64,000 nucleotides of DNA from NCBI GenBank assembly GCA_027078545.1, contig JALWXN010000004.1:768001-832000 (forward strand). The letters run 5' to 3'. The notes beneath the pieces are model-generated. The model was not told where the DNA came from. It searched no databases and was given only the letters and a program-made list of their open reading frames with translations. Every line of letters starts with the position of its first letter. Within the stretch, counting starts at the first letter, position 1. Positions 29,881 to 37,745 of the stretch are shown piece by piece. A program made the position numbers and the translations under genes. The DNA comes from Nitrososphaeria archaeon. GTDB lineage: Archaea > Thermoproteota > Nitrososphaeria > Geothermarchaeales > JDFR-13.

Positions 29881-30071
29881 TTACCCCTTAGGCTGGGGGT
29901 TATCTTCACATCCCTAGCTATATCCCTCTCAACCCTGACCATTGCGACGCCCGCCTCCTCATCGACCTCCCACACCAGTATATCCCCGACCTCGATCCCC
30001 AGCGCATGCCTAACCTCGGAGGGGACTACAGTGGCCCCATTGCCGTAGACCCTGCTCCACGACTCGGCCAT
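29841..30071 (-). CDS. AbrB/MazE/SpoVT-family DNA-binding protein
   Basis: SRV..NG.TVVP.EVR.ALGIEVGD.LVW motif. Confidence 0.75.
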   Translation of the reverse strand: MAESWSRVYGNGATVVPSEVRHALGIEVGDILVWEVDEEAGVAMVRVERDIARDVKITPSLRGKWTKKFMRESRRR

Positions 30072-30150
30072 GTATAACGAGATTATACCGCCGCTGTAAT
30101 AAAGACCTCTCGATGTACCTCCCATGCCTACACGGGGGTTACAGGCCCAA

Positions 30151-30173
30151 TATTTTCATTAGGGGGTTCTGAA
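30151..30173 (+). repeat. Dispersed intergenic motif, copy C (TATTTTCATTAGGGGGTTCTGAA), just upstream of the serine recombinase
   Basis: Matches copies A and B. Confidence 0.55.
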
Positions 30174-30191
30174 TTCTAGGTGGGGAGGCCG

Positions 30192-30920
30192 ATGAAGGCG
30201 GTGGTATACAGCAGGGTATCCACCGAGGAGCAGACACCCGAGTCCCAGCTACAGGTGGTCCTCGACTATGCCAGGAACAGGGGCTACGAGATAGTCAAGA
30301 TATTCGAGGAGAACATCTCTGGGAGTGTCGACCCCCTGGAGAGGCCCGTCTTCAAACAGGTCCTAAGCTACCTCCGTGAGCATGAGGTGGATCTCCTACT
30401 CCTCCACGACATGACCCGTTTCTACAGGCCTCCCCCCGGCCAGGCGTCGAGGGCGCTCAGCATTATGAGGCGTATAATGGATGAGTATAACGTGTTGATC
30501 GAGTTCGTCAGCGAACCTCAGATCGATGATCCTATGCTCTCGGAGCTGTGGCGCTTCCTGAAGAGCTGGATCTCCGCCTATGAGAGGCTCCAGATAAGTC
30601 TACGTACACGCTACGGCCTCCTAAGGGTTAAGAGGGAGGGCCGGCTATACCATAAGCCAGACATAGTTTACTACTACGCCGCATGGATATTCAACAAGGA
30701 TTTGAAGGATGTTTCGAGGACGGAGTATGAGGTTGCTAAGAGGCAGCTGACCGAGATAGTCTCGAAGTACTGGCGGGACTCGGCACTAAAGAAGACGAGG
30801 ATCGGTGAGCTCCTGAGGAAGAATGAGCTTAACGGGCTATACTTGAGGTTTCCACACGCCCCTAAGAGCTACCTAACGTTCTACAGGCTGGTTATGGATA
30901 AAAAGGCTGTGGGTAGCTAG
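30192..30920 (+). CDS. Serine recombinase (resolvase/invertase family)
   Basis: AVVYSRVST..Q catalytic motif; ISG....ER, D.TRFYR and ER..IS.RT..GL motifs. Confidence 0.9.
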   Translation: MKAVVYSRVSTEEQTPESQLQVVLDYARNRGYEIVKIFEENISGSVDPLERPVFKQVLSYLREHEVDLLLLHDMTRFYRPPPGQASRALSIMRRIMDEYNVLIEFVSEPQIDDPMLSELWRFLKSWISAYERLQISLRTRYGLLRVKREGRLYHKPDIVYYYAAWIFNKDLKDVSRTEYEVAKRQLTEIVSKYWRDSALKKTRIGELLRKNELNGLYLRFPHAPKSYLTFYRLVMDKKAVGS

Positions 30921-31855
30921 GGAACGACGAGGGAGAGGACGGCCTTCTCAGTATGCATCCTGTTCTCCGCCTGGTGGAAGACGACGCTGTTCGGCCCCTC
31001 GATTACCTCGTCCGTCATCTCCTCACCCCTGTAGCCCGGTAGGCAGTGCATGAAGATATAGTCCTCCTTCGCGACTGAGACGGTCTCGAGGTTGGCCTGG
31101 TAACCCCTCCAGTCTCTCAGCCTCTTCTCCTTCTCCATTTCCGGGCCGCCCATGCTGTGCCATGTATTGGCGTAGATCACATCTGCATCCCTGAATGCCT
31201 CATAGATATCCTCTGTGAAGACTATGTTTGCACCGGTCTTCCTCGACATCTCCTCCACGAAGTCTAGGATCCTCTTGTCTGGCTCGTAGCCCTTCGGCCT
31301 AGCTATCCACATCTCGTAGCCGAAGATGCTGGAGATGATCATTAGGCTATGGCAGACGTTCCATATATCCCCTACATAGCCTATCTTAACCCTCCTGTTA
31401 CGCCCTTTAAACTCCCATATTGTCATGAGGTCGGCTAATCCCTGCATCGGGTGTGTAAGGTCTGTCAATGCGTTGATAACGGGGTTCTCCATATACTCGG
31501 CATACTCCTCCACAATCTCCTGGCCGAAGGTCCTGATAACCAGTGCGTCGAGATACTTGTCAAGGACACGTGCCGTATCCTTAATCGGCTCTCCACGGGA
31601 GAGCTGCATAACATTCGGATTCAGCTGTAGCGGCGTAGCCCCGAGATGCGCAATAGCCGCCATGAAGGAGACCCTCGTCCTCGTAGAGGGCTTCTCGAAG
31701 AGGAGGCCTATCACACGGCCCTCCAACGACCTATGCGGGACACGTGAGCTCCACAGCCGCTTAAACTCCATAGCAACCTCGACTACGAACTCTATCTCCC
31801 TCCTACTGAAGTCCATGAGGGTTAGGAAGTCCCTACCCCTGAAACGTGTCCTCAT
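30917..31855 (-). CDS. argF: Ornithine carbamoyltransferase
   Basis: FEKPSTRTR, HPMQGLAD, HSMG, FMHCLP and QAENR motifs. Confidence 0.95.
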   Translation of the reverse strand: MRTRFRGRDFLTLMDFSRREIEFVVEVAMEFKRLWSSRVPHRSLEGRVIGLLFEKPSTRTRVSFMAAIAHLGATPLQLNPNVMQLSRGEPIKDTARVLDKYLDALVIRTFGQEIVEEYAEYMENPVINALTDLTHPMQGLADLMTIWEFKGRNRRVKIGYVGDIWNVCHSLMIISSIFGYEMWIARPKGYEPDKRILDFVEEMSRKTGANIVFTEDIYEAFRDADVIYANTWHSMGGPEMEKEKRLRDWRGYQANLETVSVAKEDYIFMHCLPGYRGEEMTDEVIEGPNSVVFHQAENRMHTEKAVLSLVVP

Positions 31856-31971
31856 GGATAGTTACTGAATAGCAGGCCTATCAATATAAATAGGGATATC
31901 TACACCCAAATCCATACATCCTCTCCCTAGAATTTAGCCGAATACCTAATTCGTACAACAGCTCTTCCAAA

Positions 31972-31982
31972 GCTTAAATATA
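31972..31982 (+). promoter_or_regulatory. TATA box of the DUF2589-like operon (likely leaderless transcript)
   Basis: GCTTAAATATA about 25 nt upstream of the ATG at 32005. Confidence 0.5.
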
Positions 31983-32004
31983 CCTCACAGGAAGTTACCT
32001 ACCC

Positions 32005-32592
32005 ATGAGCTTCAACCTCGGTAATGAGTTGGCATCCCTCCCGATCGACGTCCTGATCGCGAGGCCACTCGACGCAGCGGTGAGGGCCCAGGCATTCGCA
32101 GCGGAGACCACTGTACGCTTCGTGAAGGAGGTCGGCCTAGATGATAACGGGAATGTAAGGATGACCACTATGAGGTTTAGCTACACCTATGTTACCGACG
32201 AGGGTGAAGAGGAGGAGGTTGAGAGGGAGATATCCGTCCCGTTCCTCACGATGGTCCCAATACCCTTCATCAGGATCAGCGAGGTGGATATTGACCTCAG
32301 CTTCAGGATAAGGAATATCGTGGTTGACAGTAAAGAGAAGTCACTATCCGTCTCAGCCGGCGCAGAGGCCAACTGGAAGGTCTTCAAAGTATCGGTTAAC
32401 GCATCATACTCCTCAAAGAGGACTACCAAGAGCAAGATAGACAGGAGCGCCGAGGTCGATATAAGGGTGAAGGCTGTCCAGGACGAGATGCCGGAGGGGC
32501 TGAGGATACTGCTCAACATACTCAACGAGGGTCTACGTGCACAGGAGGTTGGAGCACCTGCTGGCCAAGGAGGAGGTGGCCAGACAGAGTAG
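32005..32592 (+). CDS. DUF2589-family protein
   Basis: LP...LI..PL.AAV.AQ...A..T..F...VG, I.VP.L..VPIP...I....I...F and V.A.Q...PEGL..LL..L pattern. Confidence 0.75.
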   Translation: MSFNLGNELASLPIDVLIARPLDAAVRAQAFAAETTVRFVKEVGLDDNGNVRMTTMRFSYTYVTDEGEEEEVEREISVPFLTMVPIPFIRISEVDIDLSFRIRNIVVDSKEKSLSVSAGAEANWKVFKVSVNASYSSKRTTKSKIDRSAEVDIRVKAVQDEMPEGLRILLNILNEGLRAQEVGAPAGQGGGGQTE

Positions 32593-32604
32593 GTGTAGAG
32601 AAAA

Positions 32605-33072
32605 GTGGTCCGGGCAGGTGATATGGCCCAGCTCCTAGCAGGGATACTCAGAGCCGTCGTGGAGGCGGATACACAGGCCCGTGAAGCCTTCCTAGAGGAG
32701 CTGGGTAGATACTTCACGGAGACGGAGGAGGGGTTGGAACCGATATACCTGACCCTCAGATACTCCACACAATACGTCGACGACGAGGGACGTCTACAGA
32801 GGAGGAGGGAGAAGGTTGAGATCCCCCTACTGACACTGGTCAACCCCTCCCACATAGGTGTTGAGAAGGCGGAGATCGAGCTATACATGGACGTCGTGAC
32901 CACTAGGGAGGAGCAGGGGGTCCAGAGGCTCTTCACAGTCTTCAGAGCAGCGACAAAGACCAGGTCTGAGAGTGGGATGAGGATTAGGGTCTTGATGACT
33001 AGGAGCGAGGTAGGCGAGGGCCTGGCCAACGTCATATCCACACTCGTCAATAAGGGGGTTGTTGTTGAGTGA
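32605..33072 (+). CDS. DUF2589-family protein (second, shorter paralog)
   Basis: LL.GI..AV..A.......L..YF, V.IPL.TLV.P........I and EGL..VI pattern. Confidence 0.7.
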   Translation: MVRAGDMAQLLAGILRAVVEADTQAREAFLEELGRYFTETEEGLEPIYLTLRYSTQYVDDEGRLQRRREKVEIPLLTLVNPSHIGVEKAEIELYMDVVTTREEQGVQRLFTVFRAATKTRSESGMRIRVLMTRSEVGEGLANVISTLVNKGVVVE

Positions 33073-33497
33073 GCGGTCCAAAGATACCTAAGAAGCCGGA
33101 GAAGCCGATCAAGCCCTCAAAACCCTCCAAGGACCTGCCCAAGGAGGTTAAGGAGATTGATATCAGGGATGTAGAGGTCAGCGGTGCCGAGCCTAAGGGC
33201 GCTCCACAGTCTACCCCCGAACGTATAGAGGGTATAGACAAGATTGTCAGGAGCATTGCACAGGCACTCAACACAGCCAGGCTTGAGGCCACGAAGACGG
33301 CTACAAAGAAAGTCATTGAGGTGGGTAAGGAAAGGGTTGAGATACAGTCCTTCCTAGACCTTGAGGAGGCCGAGGTGGAGATAGAGATCGGTGTGGAGCA
33401 GCGTGGAGACGTGCTCATGGCCAAGATGGCACCTATGACGGAGGGGCCTAGGGCGAGGCTACGGATGGTGTTTAGGCTTAGGGAGGAGGAGGTCTAG
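33069..33497 (+). CDS. Hypothetical protein: Pro/Lys-rich N-tail plus DUF2589/Trypco2-like helix-hairpin core
   Basis: GTGA overlap with the previous gene; I..IV.SIA.AL..A helix followed by L.LEE.EVEI.I strand. Confidence 0.55.
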   Translation: MSGPKIPKKPEKPIKPSKPSKDLPKEVKEIDIRDVEVSGAEPKGAPQSTPERIEGIDKIVRSIAQALNTARLEATKTATKKVIEVGKERVEIQSFLDLEEAEVEIEIGVEQRGDVLMAKMAPMTEGPRARLRMVFRLREEEV

Positions 33498-33500
33498 GGG

Positions 33501-35042
33501 CTAGGGCTCCTGGATCCTCACCTCGTCAAAGATTAGGGTGCCGCCCTGGAGCGTAAATATTCCGTATAGCCTACCCCTATAGTTGATGAGGAATGACGGG
33601 TTTACCCTCCCAGCCCAGTTCACACGTACCTGTATAGGCTCACTATCGGGTGATACCCTGTACATCTTGATGCCACCAGATACGACTCCACCAGACTCGG
33701 CCCTCTCTATCCATAGGATGTAGAGCCTGTCGCCGACCTCGTAGAAGCTGTACCCTCCGTAATAGGTGGTTACCGGTATGAAGAGGGCGAGGGCTGAGCC
33801 AGTGCCGCCCCAGCCATTCCTCCTCCAAAGCTCCTCACCATCCCTATAGGCCGCTATAAAGGCTTCAGAGACGTAGTATACACCGTCACGGTAGATGGAG
33901 GTTACGTAGCCTACGCTAGCGTTGTCCTCCGTCCTGGTGTACATCCCCTCTATGCTCCATACCTTGGTTAGAGACGTTAGGTCCCACTTCTCGACCTGGT
34001 AGTCCCTCCTATTAAACAGCTCAGTATTAGTCTCGTTGGCCTCGACGAGGAAGTCGTATGAGTAGTAAACATATAGATCATTCCCATCCAGATATGCCGT
34101 TGCATAGGCCAGCCTAAGAGGTGCTGATACGAGCTTGGTTGGCCAGCCCTCAATCATGAATTCGAATGTGTTTAGATCTATCTCCACATACATGATGTAG
34201 ATGTCTCCCCTCCCCTGCTCGGTAACGCTGGACATCACTATGACCGCCCTAACCATATCCTCGCCACGCTCGACATACGCCAACTTCTTAGGATCATTTG
34301 GCCTGAGGCTGTAGAAGAAGTCGGAAGCATCTTGATAAGCCTCGAAGACTACTGAGCCCGTCTCGAGTCCATATACACGTAGGATGATATTCATCTTCTC
34401 ATAGTCGATGTCTAGGGTGAGGTATTTATCGCCGTAGAAGCCTAGGCCTAGACCCCTGATATCCTCTATGGTGTTACGCATAACGACGCCCCTACCGGGC
34501 TCGACAATATAGTAGTAGAGATCGATCTCTCCAAACTCGATGAAGATGAAGGGGAAGGGTAGTGGAAGTGGGAATGGTATTAAAGCCCTCTCCCTAGCGA
34601 CGCCTCCAAACACGTATCGGTTGGAGTAGACCGAGACGAGCTGACCACTTATGGGGTCGGACTCACCCGAGGGAACCTCGAAGATCTTCTCTACAGAGAG
34701 GATCTCACCACTGGAGAGGGACATTGTTATGATATAGTGATCCTTCCGGAGTAGCTGGGTATTATTTTCATCCATGATGGATTTGACGCCATATATGTAG
34801 AGCCTATCCCCATCGCTGAGGATACTTAGTATAGAAGTCAGGTTGAAGGTGAGGGGGCCCTCCTGAACAGCCTCATCACCAGGCTCTCCCCCCTCCTCCC
34901 CCTGAGCCGGGGCTTCTCCACCGTCTCCACCATCACCGCTGAATATACTCCCTATTATGACCAGCCCAAGGAGGAGTATGATGACAATCAGAATGGCTAC
35001 AACTATCTTTCCCACGCCACCCTCCCGCCCAGTCATTTTCAT
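33501..35042 (-). CDS. Membrane-anchored extracellular protein, beta-propeller-like
   Basis: N-terminal TM helix, Gly/Glu linker, repeated beta-strand units (..GD.LY.., G...W). Confidence 0.55.
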   Translation of the reverse strand: MKMTGREGGVGKIVVAILIVIILLLGLVIIGSIFSGDGGDGGEAPAQGEEGGEPGDEAVQEGPLTFNLTSILSILSDGDRLYIYGVKSIMDENNTQLLRKDHYIITMSLSSGEILSVEKIFEVPSGESDPISGQLVSVYSNRYVFGGVARERALIPFPLPLPFPFIFIEFGEIDLYYYIVEPGRGVVMRNTIEDIRGLGLGFYGDKYLTLDIDYEKMNIILRVYGLETGSVVFEAYQDASDFFYSLRPNDPKKLAYVERGEDMVRAVIVMSSVTEQGRGDIYIMYVEIDLNTFEFMIEGWPTKLVSAPLRLAYATAYLDGNDLYVYYSYDFLVEANETNTELFNRRDYQVEKWDLTSLTKVWSIEGMYTRTEDNASVGYVTSIYRDGVYYVSEAFIAAYRDGEELWRRNGWGGTGSALALFIPVTTYYGGYSFYEVGDRLYILWIERAESGGVVSGGIKMYRVSPDSEPIQVRVNWAGRVNPSFLINYRGRLYGIFTLQGGTLIFDEVRIQEP

Positions 35043-35461
35043 CTATACAACCCCTCCATACCACTAATAAATTTTTCGTAATGGTTCTCTAGACCCATGT
35101 ATGGACACGCCTCACCCTCCTGAATAGTTTCACCGATGTATCTCTCCCCCCACATGTATTGTTACAGGGGTTTTGAAGACATTTTTAATGTGTATTGCAC
35201 GTGGCATATCTAGATGTGTGTAAACCCGGTTTACACCGGGCTTAACATGATGTAAATCCATTGCCACGGATACGCCACGGCATGTGTAACCAGCTATATA
35301 CCCTGTGGGCCACTCCACTTATACACCCCGGCCAAACCGTTTTATAGCCGCTGTGGATGATGCGTAGCCTGGATAGTCACAGTGAGACCCATTTTTAAAC
35401 AGTATAGTCGGTATATAATATTGTCCCTCAAACCGGATACTAGTGGGAGCGTGGGGTCTCA

Positions 35462-36064
35462 ATGACGAGTGAGCCCAGGGTCGGAGAGGCCGGCGACGGC
35501 TGCAGATACGTGATCCTAAGGATTGATGGGAGGCCACTCGTCCTACTACATGGATACAGCTTCACCCATGAGGTCTGGGAGGAGATAGGCCTGCTCAAGA
35601 GGCTGGCCGAGGAGGAGATCCCATACCTAGCGCCCGACATGCCCTACGGCGCCAAGACCAGCTGTAGAACCAAGTCTAGGGCGAGGGAGGACAACATAAA
35701 CTTCCTCAGGGGGCTCTATAGGCAGAAGTTTGGTGATAGGGTTCCAATAGTCCTTGGGGCGAGCCTAGGCGGCTACATGGCCCTGCTATATGGTATGATG
35801 TATCCAGTCGCCGGCCTCATACTCGTCGCCCCCGTCTGGAGCACCAGGGGCGACATACTAGGGTATTATAGTGAGAGGGAGATACCCATCCTCCTAATCT
35901 ATGGAGAGAAGGACGACATCGTCTCGATAGACGAGATGTGGGAGTTCAAGGAGATGGTCCCCACCGCTGAGCTCAGGGTATATGAGGATGCTAGGCACCC
36001 CGCCTATCTAGACAAGCCCGAGAGGTTCAACGAGGACGTTGTCGAGTTCTGTAAAAAGGTTTAG
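35462..36064 (+). CDS. Alpha/beta-fold hydrolase
   Basis: LLHGYS, GASLGG nucleophile elbow, GEKD and H.AYLD motifs. Confidence 0.85.
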   Translation: MTSEPRVGEAGDGCRYVILRIDGRPLVLLHGYSFTHEVWEEIGLLKRLAEEEIPYLAPDMPYGAKTSCRTKSRAREDNINFLRGLYRQKFGDRVPIVLGASLGGYMALLYGMMYPVAGLILVAPVWSTRGDILGYYSEREIPILLIYGEKDDIVSIDEMWEFKEMVPTAELRVYEDARHPAYLDKPERFNEDVVEFCKKV

Positions 36065-37440
36065 GGTTTGAGGTACCCCCTATCCACAAGCTCCCTCAAC
36101 ACCTTCTCCGTCTTCTCAAGGGTGGTCTGGACATCCTCCTCGCTATGGGCTAGGCTTAGGAAGTATGGCTCGCCATCCGGCGGCCCCCTGAGTAGGACGC
36201 CCCCCACCATCAACATGCTCCAGAAGCGTCTATAGCTTGTGAAGTCATAGTTGGTCATGACATCCCTGAAGTCGCGTGGCTGCCTATCCATGAAGTGCAC
36301 CGCCCCAGCGCTCCCTACATAGCTCACCGTCAATGGTAGGCCGAGCCTATCAATGATCTCAGCCAGACCCTCACCCATTATTGATCCTATCCTGTCCAGC
36401 CTGCGGTACGCCTCAGGCGAGAGTATCCTCGTTAGGTTTGCATAGGCGCCGGCCACACCTATGACGTTCCCATTATATGTCCCGGCGAAGGCGTATCTAC
36501 CCTCGGGGTATACAACACCCCTGACCCTACTATTCATGATCACGGCTGAGATCGGAACCCCACCTCCCAACGCCTTTGCAACCACGACGATGTCCGGCCT
36601 CACATTATAGAGTTCAGAGGCGCCTCCATAGGCCACCCTGAAGCCCGTCTTCACCTCGTCGAGTATCCATATAACCCCGTACTCTCTGAGGAGCTTACCC
36701 ACCTTCTCTAGATAGCCCTTCTCAGGGGGGATCAGGCCGACGTTGTTCATCATTATCGGCTCCATAATCATACAGGCAACCTCGTCACCATGCTCCGCCA
36801 AGACGTTCTCCAGGCTCTCCAGGTCGTTGAACCTGACTATGTAGGTGGTCTCCGCCGTCGCCCTCGGTACGCCTGGTGCTAGGACGCTCCTAGGCCTCTC
36901 CGGCGGGCCCCACTCACCCGGCCTGACATACTCACTGGCCTTTACAGCGTCGTAGCCACCGTGGTAGCCACCCTCGATCTTGATCACTCTCTCCCTACCA
37001 GTCGCGATCCTCGCTATCTTTATGGCGTGGGTAACTGCTTCAGTCCCAGTATTACTGATCCTCACAGCATCCATCCATGGATATCTCCTAAGGATCTCCT
37101 TCACCAGCTTTATCTGCAGCTCATAGGGCATCGTAAAGAGTGTCCCGTCCTGGATAACTTCTATGATCCCCTCGATAATGGGTCTCGGGGCATGCCCCGC
37201 TATCAATGCCCCGTAGCCCATGACATAGTCGATATACTCGTTTCCATCGATGTCCCATATCCTGCTACCAACACCCTTCTTGACGAAGAATGGGTATGGT
37301 GGGAACCACCTATAGCTACTATGCACCCCTCCGGGATTGTATCTAGAAGCCTCCCTGTAGGCCTCTGCAGACCTAGGCGTCATGGAGAGATACTTCTTGT
37401 AGATATCCTCGTCGAAGAAGTAGTTTAGGAGGCTCTCCAA
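36061..37440 (-). CDS. Class III PLP aminotransferase, glutamate-1-semialdehyde 2,1-aminomutase-like
   Basis: DIDGNEYIDY, GTEA, EGGYHG, DEVKTGFR, AKALGGG and GTYNGN motifs. Confidence 0.85.
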   Translation of the reverse strand: MESLLNYFFDEDIYKKYLSMTPRSAEAYREASRYNPGGVHSSYRWFPPYPFFVKKGVGSRIWDIDGNEYIDYVMGYGALIAGHAPRPIIEGIIEVIQDGTLFTMPYELQIKLVKEILRRYPWMDAVRISNTGTEAVTHAIKIARIATGRERVIKIEGGYHGGYDAVKASEYVRPGEWGPPERPRSVLAPGVPRATAETTYIVRFNDLESLENVLAEHGDEVACMIMEPIMMNNVGLIPPEKGYLEKVGKLLREYGVIWILDEVKTGFRVAYGGASELYNVRPDIVVVAKALGGGVPISAVIMNSRVRGVVYPEGRYAFAGTYNGNVIGVAGAYANLTRILSPEAYRRLDRIGSIMGEGLAEIIDRLGLPLTVSYVGSAGAVHFMDRQPRDFRDVMTNYDFTSYRRFWSMLMVGGVLLRGPPDGEPYFLSLAHSEEDVQTTLEKTEKVLRELVDRGYLKP

Positions 37441-37745
37441 ACGGGATCACCCGCCTACTAATCGAGATTCCATCTGAGATGCGGGTTAATAAGGGGGTAT
37501 ATAGATAGCCCTTTAAACCATGAGTAGAAACACGTACTTATTTTCAACGACAAAACTCAACACGTTTATATATACGTCTCTACACCGGTATCCAAGCCAC
37601 ATATCCATACACGTCAACCGACTAGCCGCCATAGAACCGTTGATACATATATACTTCTTGACACCCCCACGATTTAGGCACAAACCTTAATACATAGCCA
37701 CTGGGGCGAGAGACCTACAAATATGTAGGTGTATTGACCTGATAG

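Noticed and set aside
30192-30920. IS607-type element or prophage around the serine recombinase
   Set aside because: No N-terminal HTH, no tnpB, no viral genes; the gene abuts argF directly
32187-33424. Long antisense ORFs (287 aa, 125 aa) over the DUF2589-like operon, and many similar Ser-rich antisense ORFs across the window
   Set aside because: Shadow frames caused by codon bias of real genes on the opposite strand
35043-35461. About 420-bp intergenic region with short repeats (GCCACGG x2, GTGTAAAC..GTTTACAC hairpin) as an RNA gene
   Set aside because: No tRNA cloverleaf or complete C/D boxes recognisable; similar low-complexity texture occurs at 9780-9930 and 37560-37660
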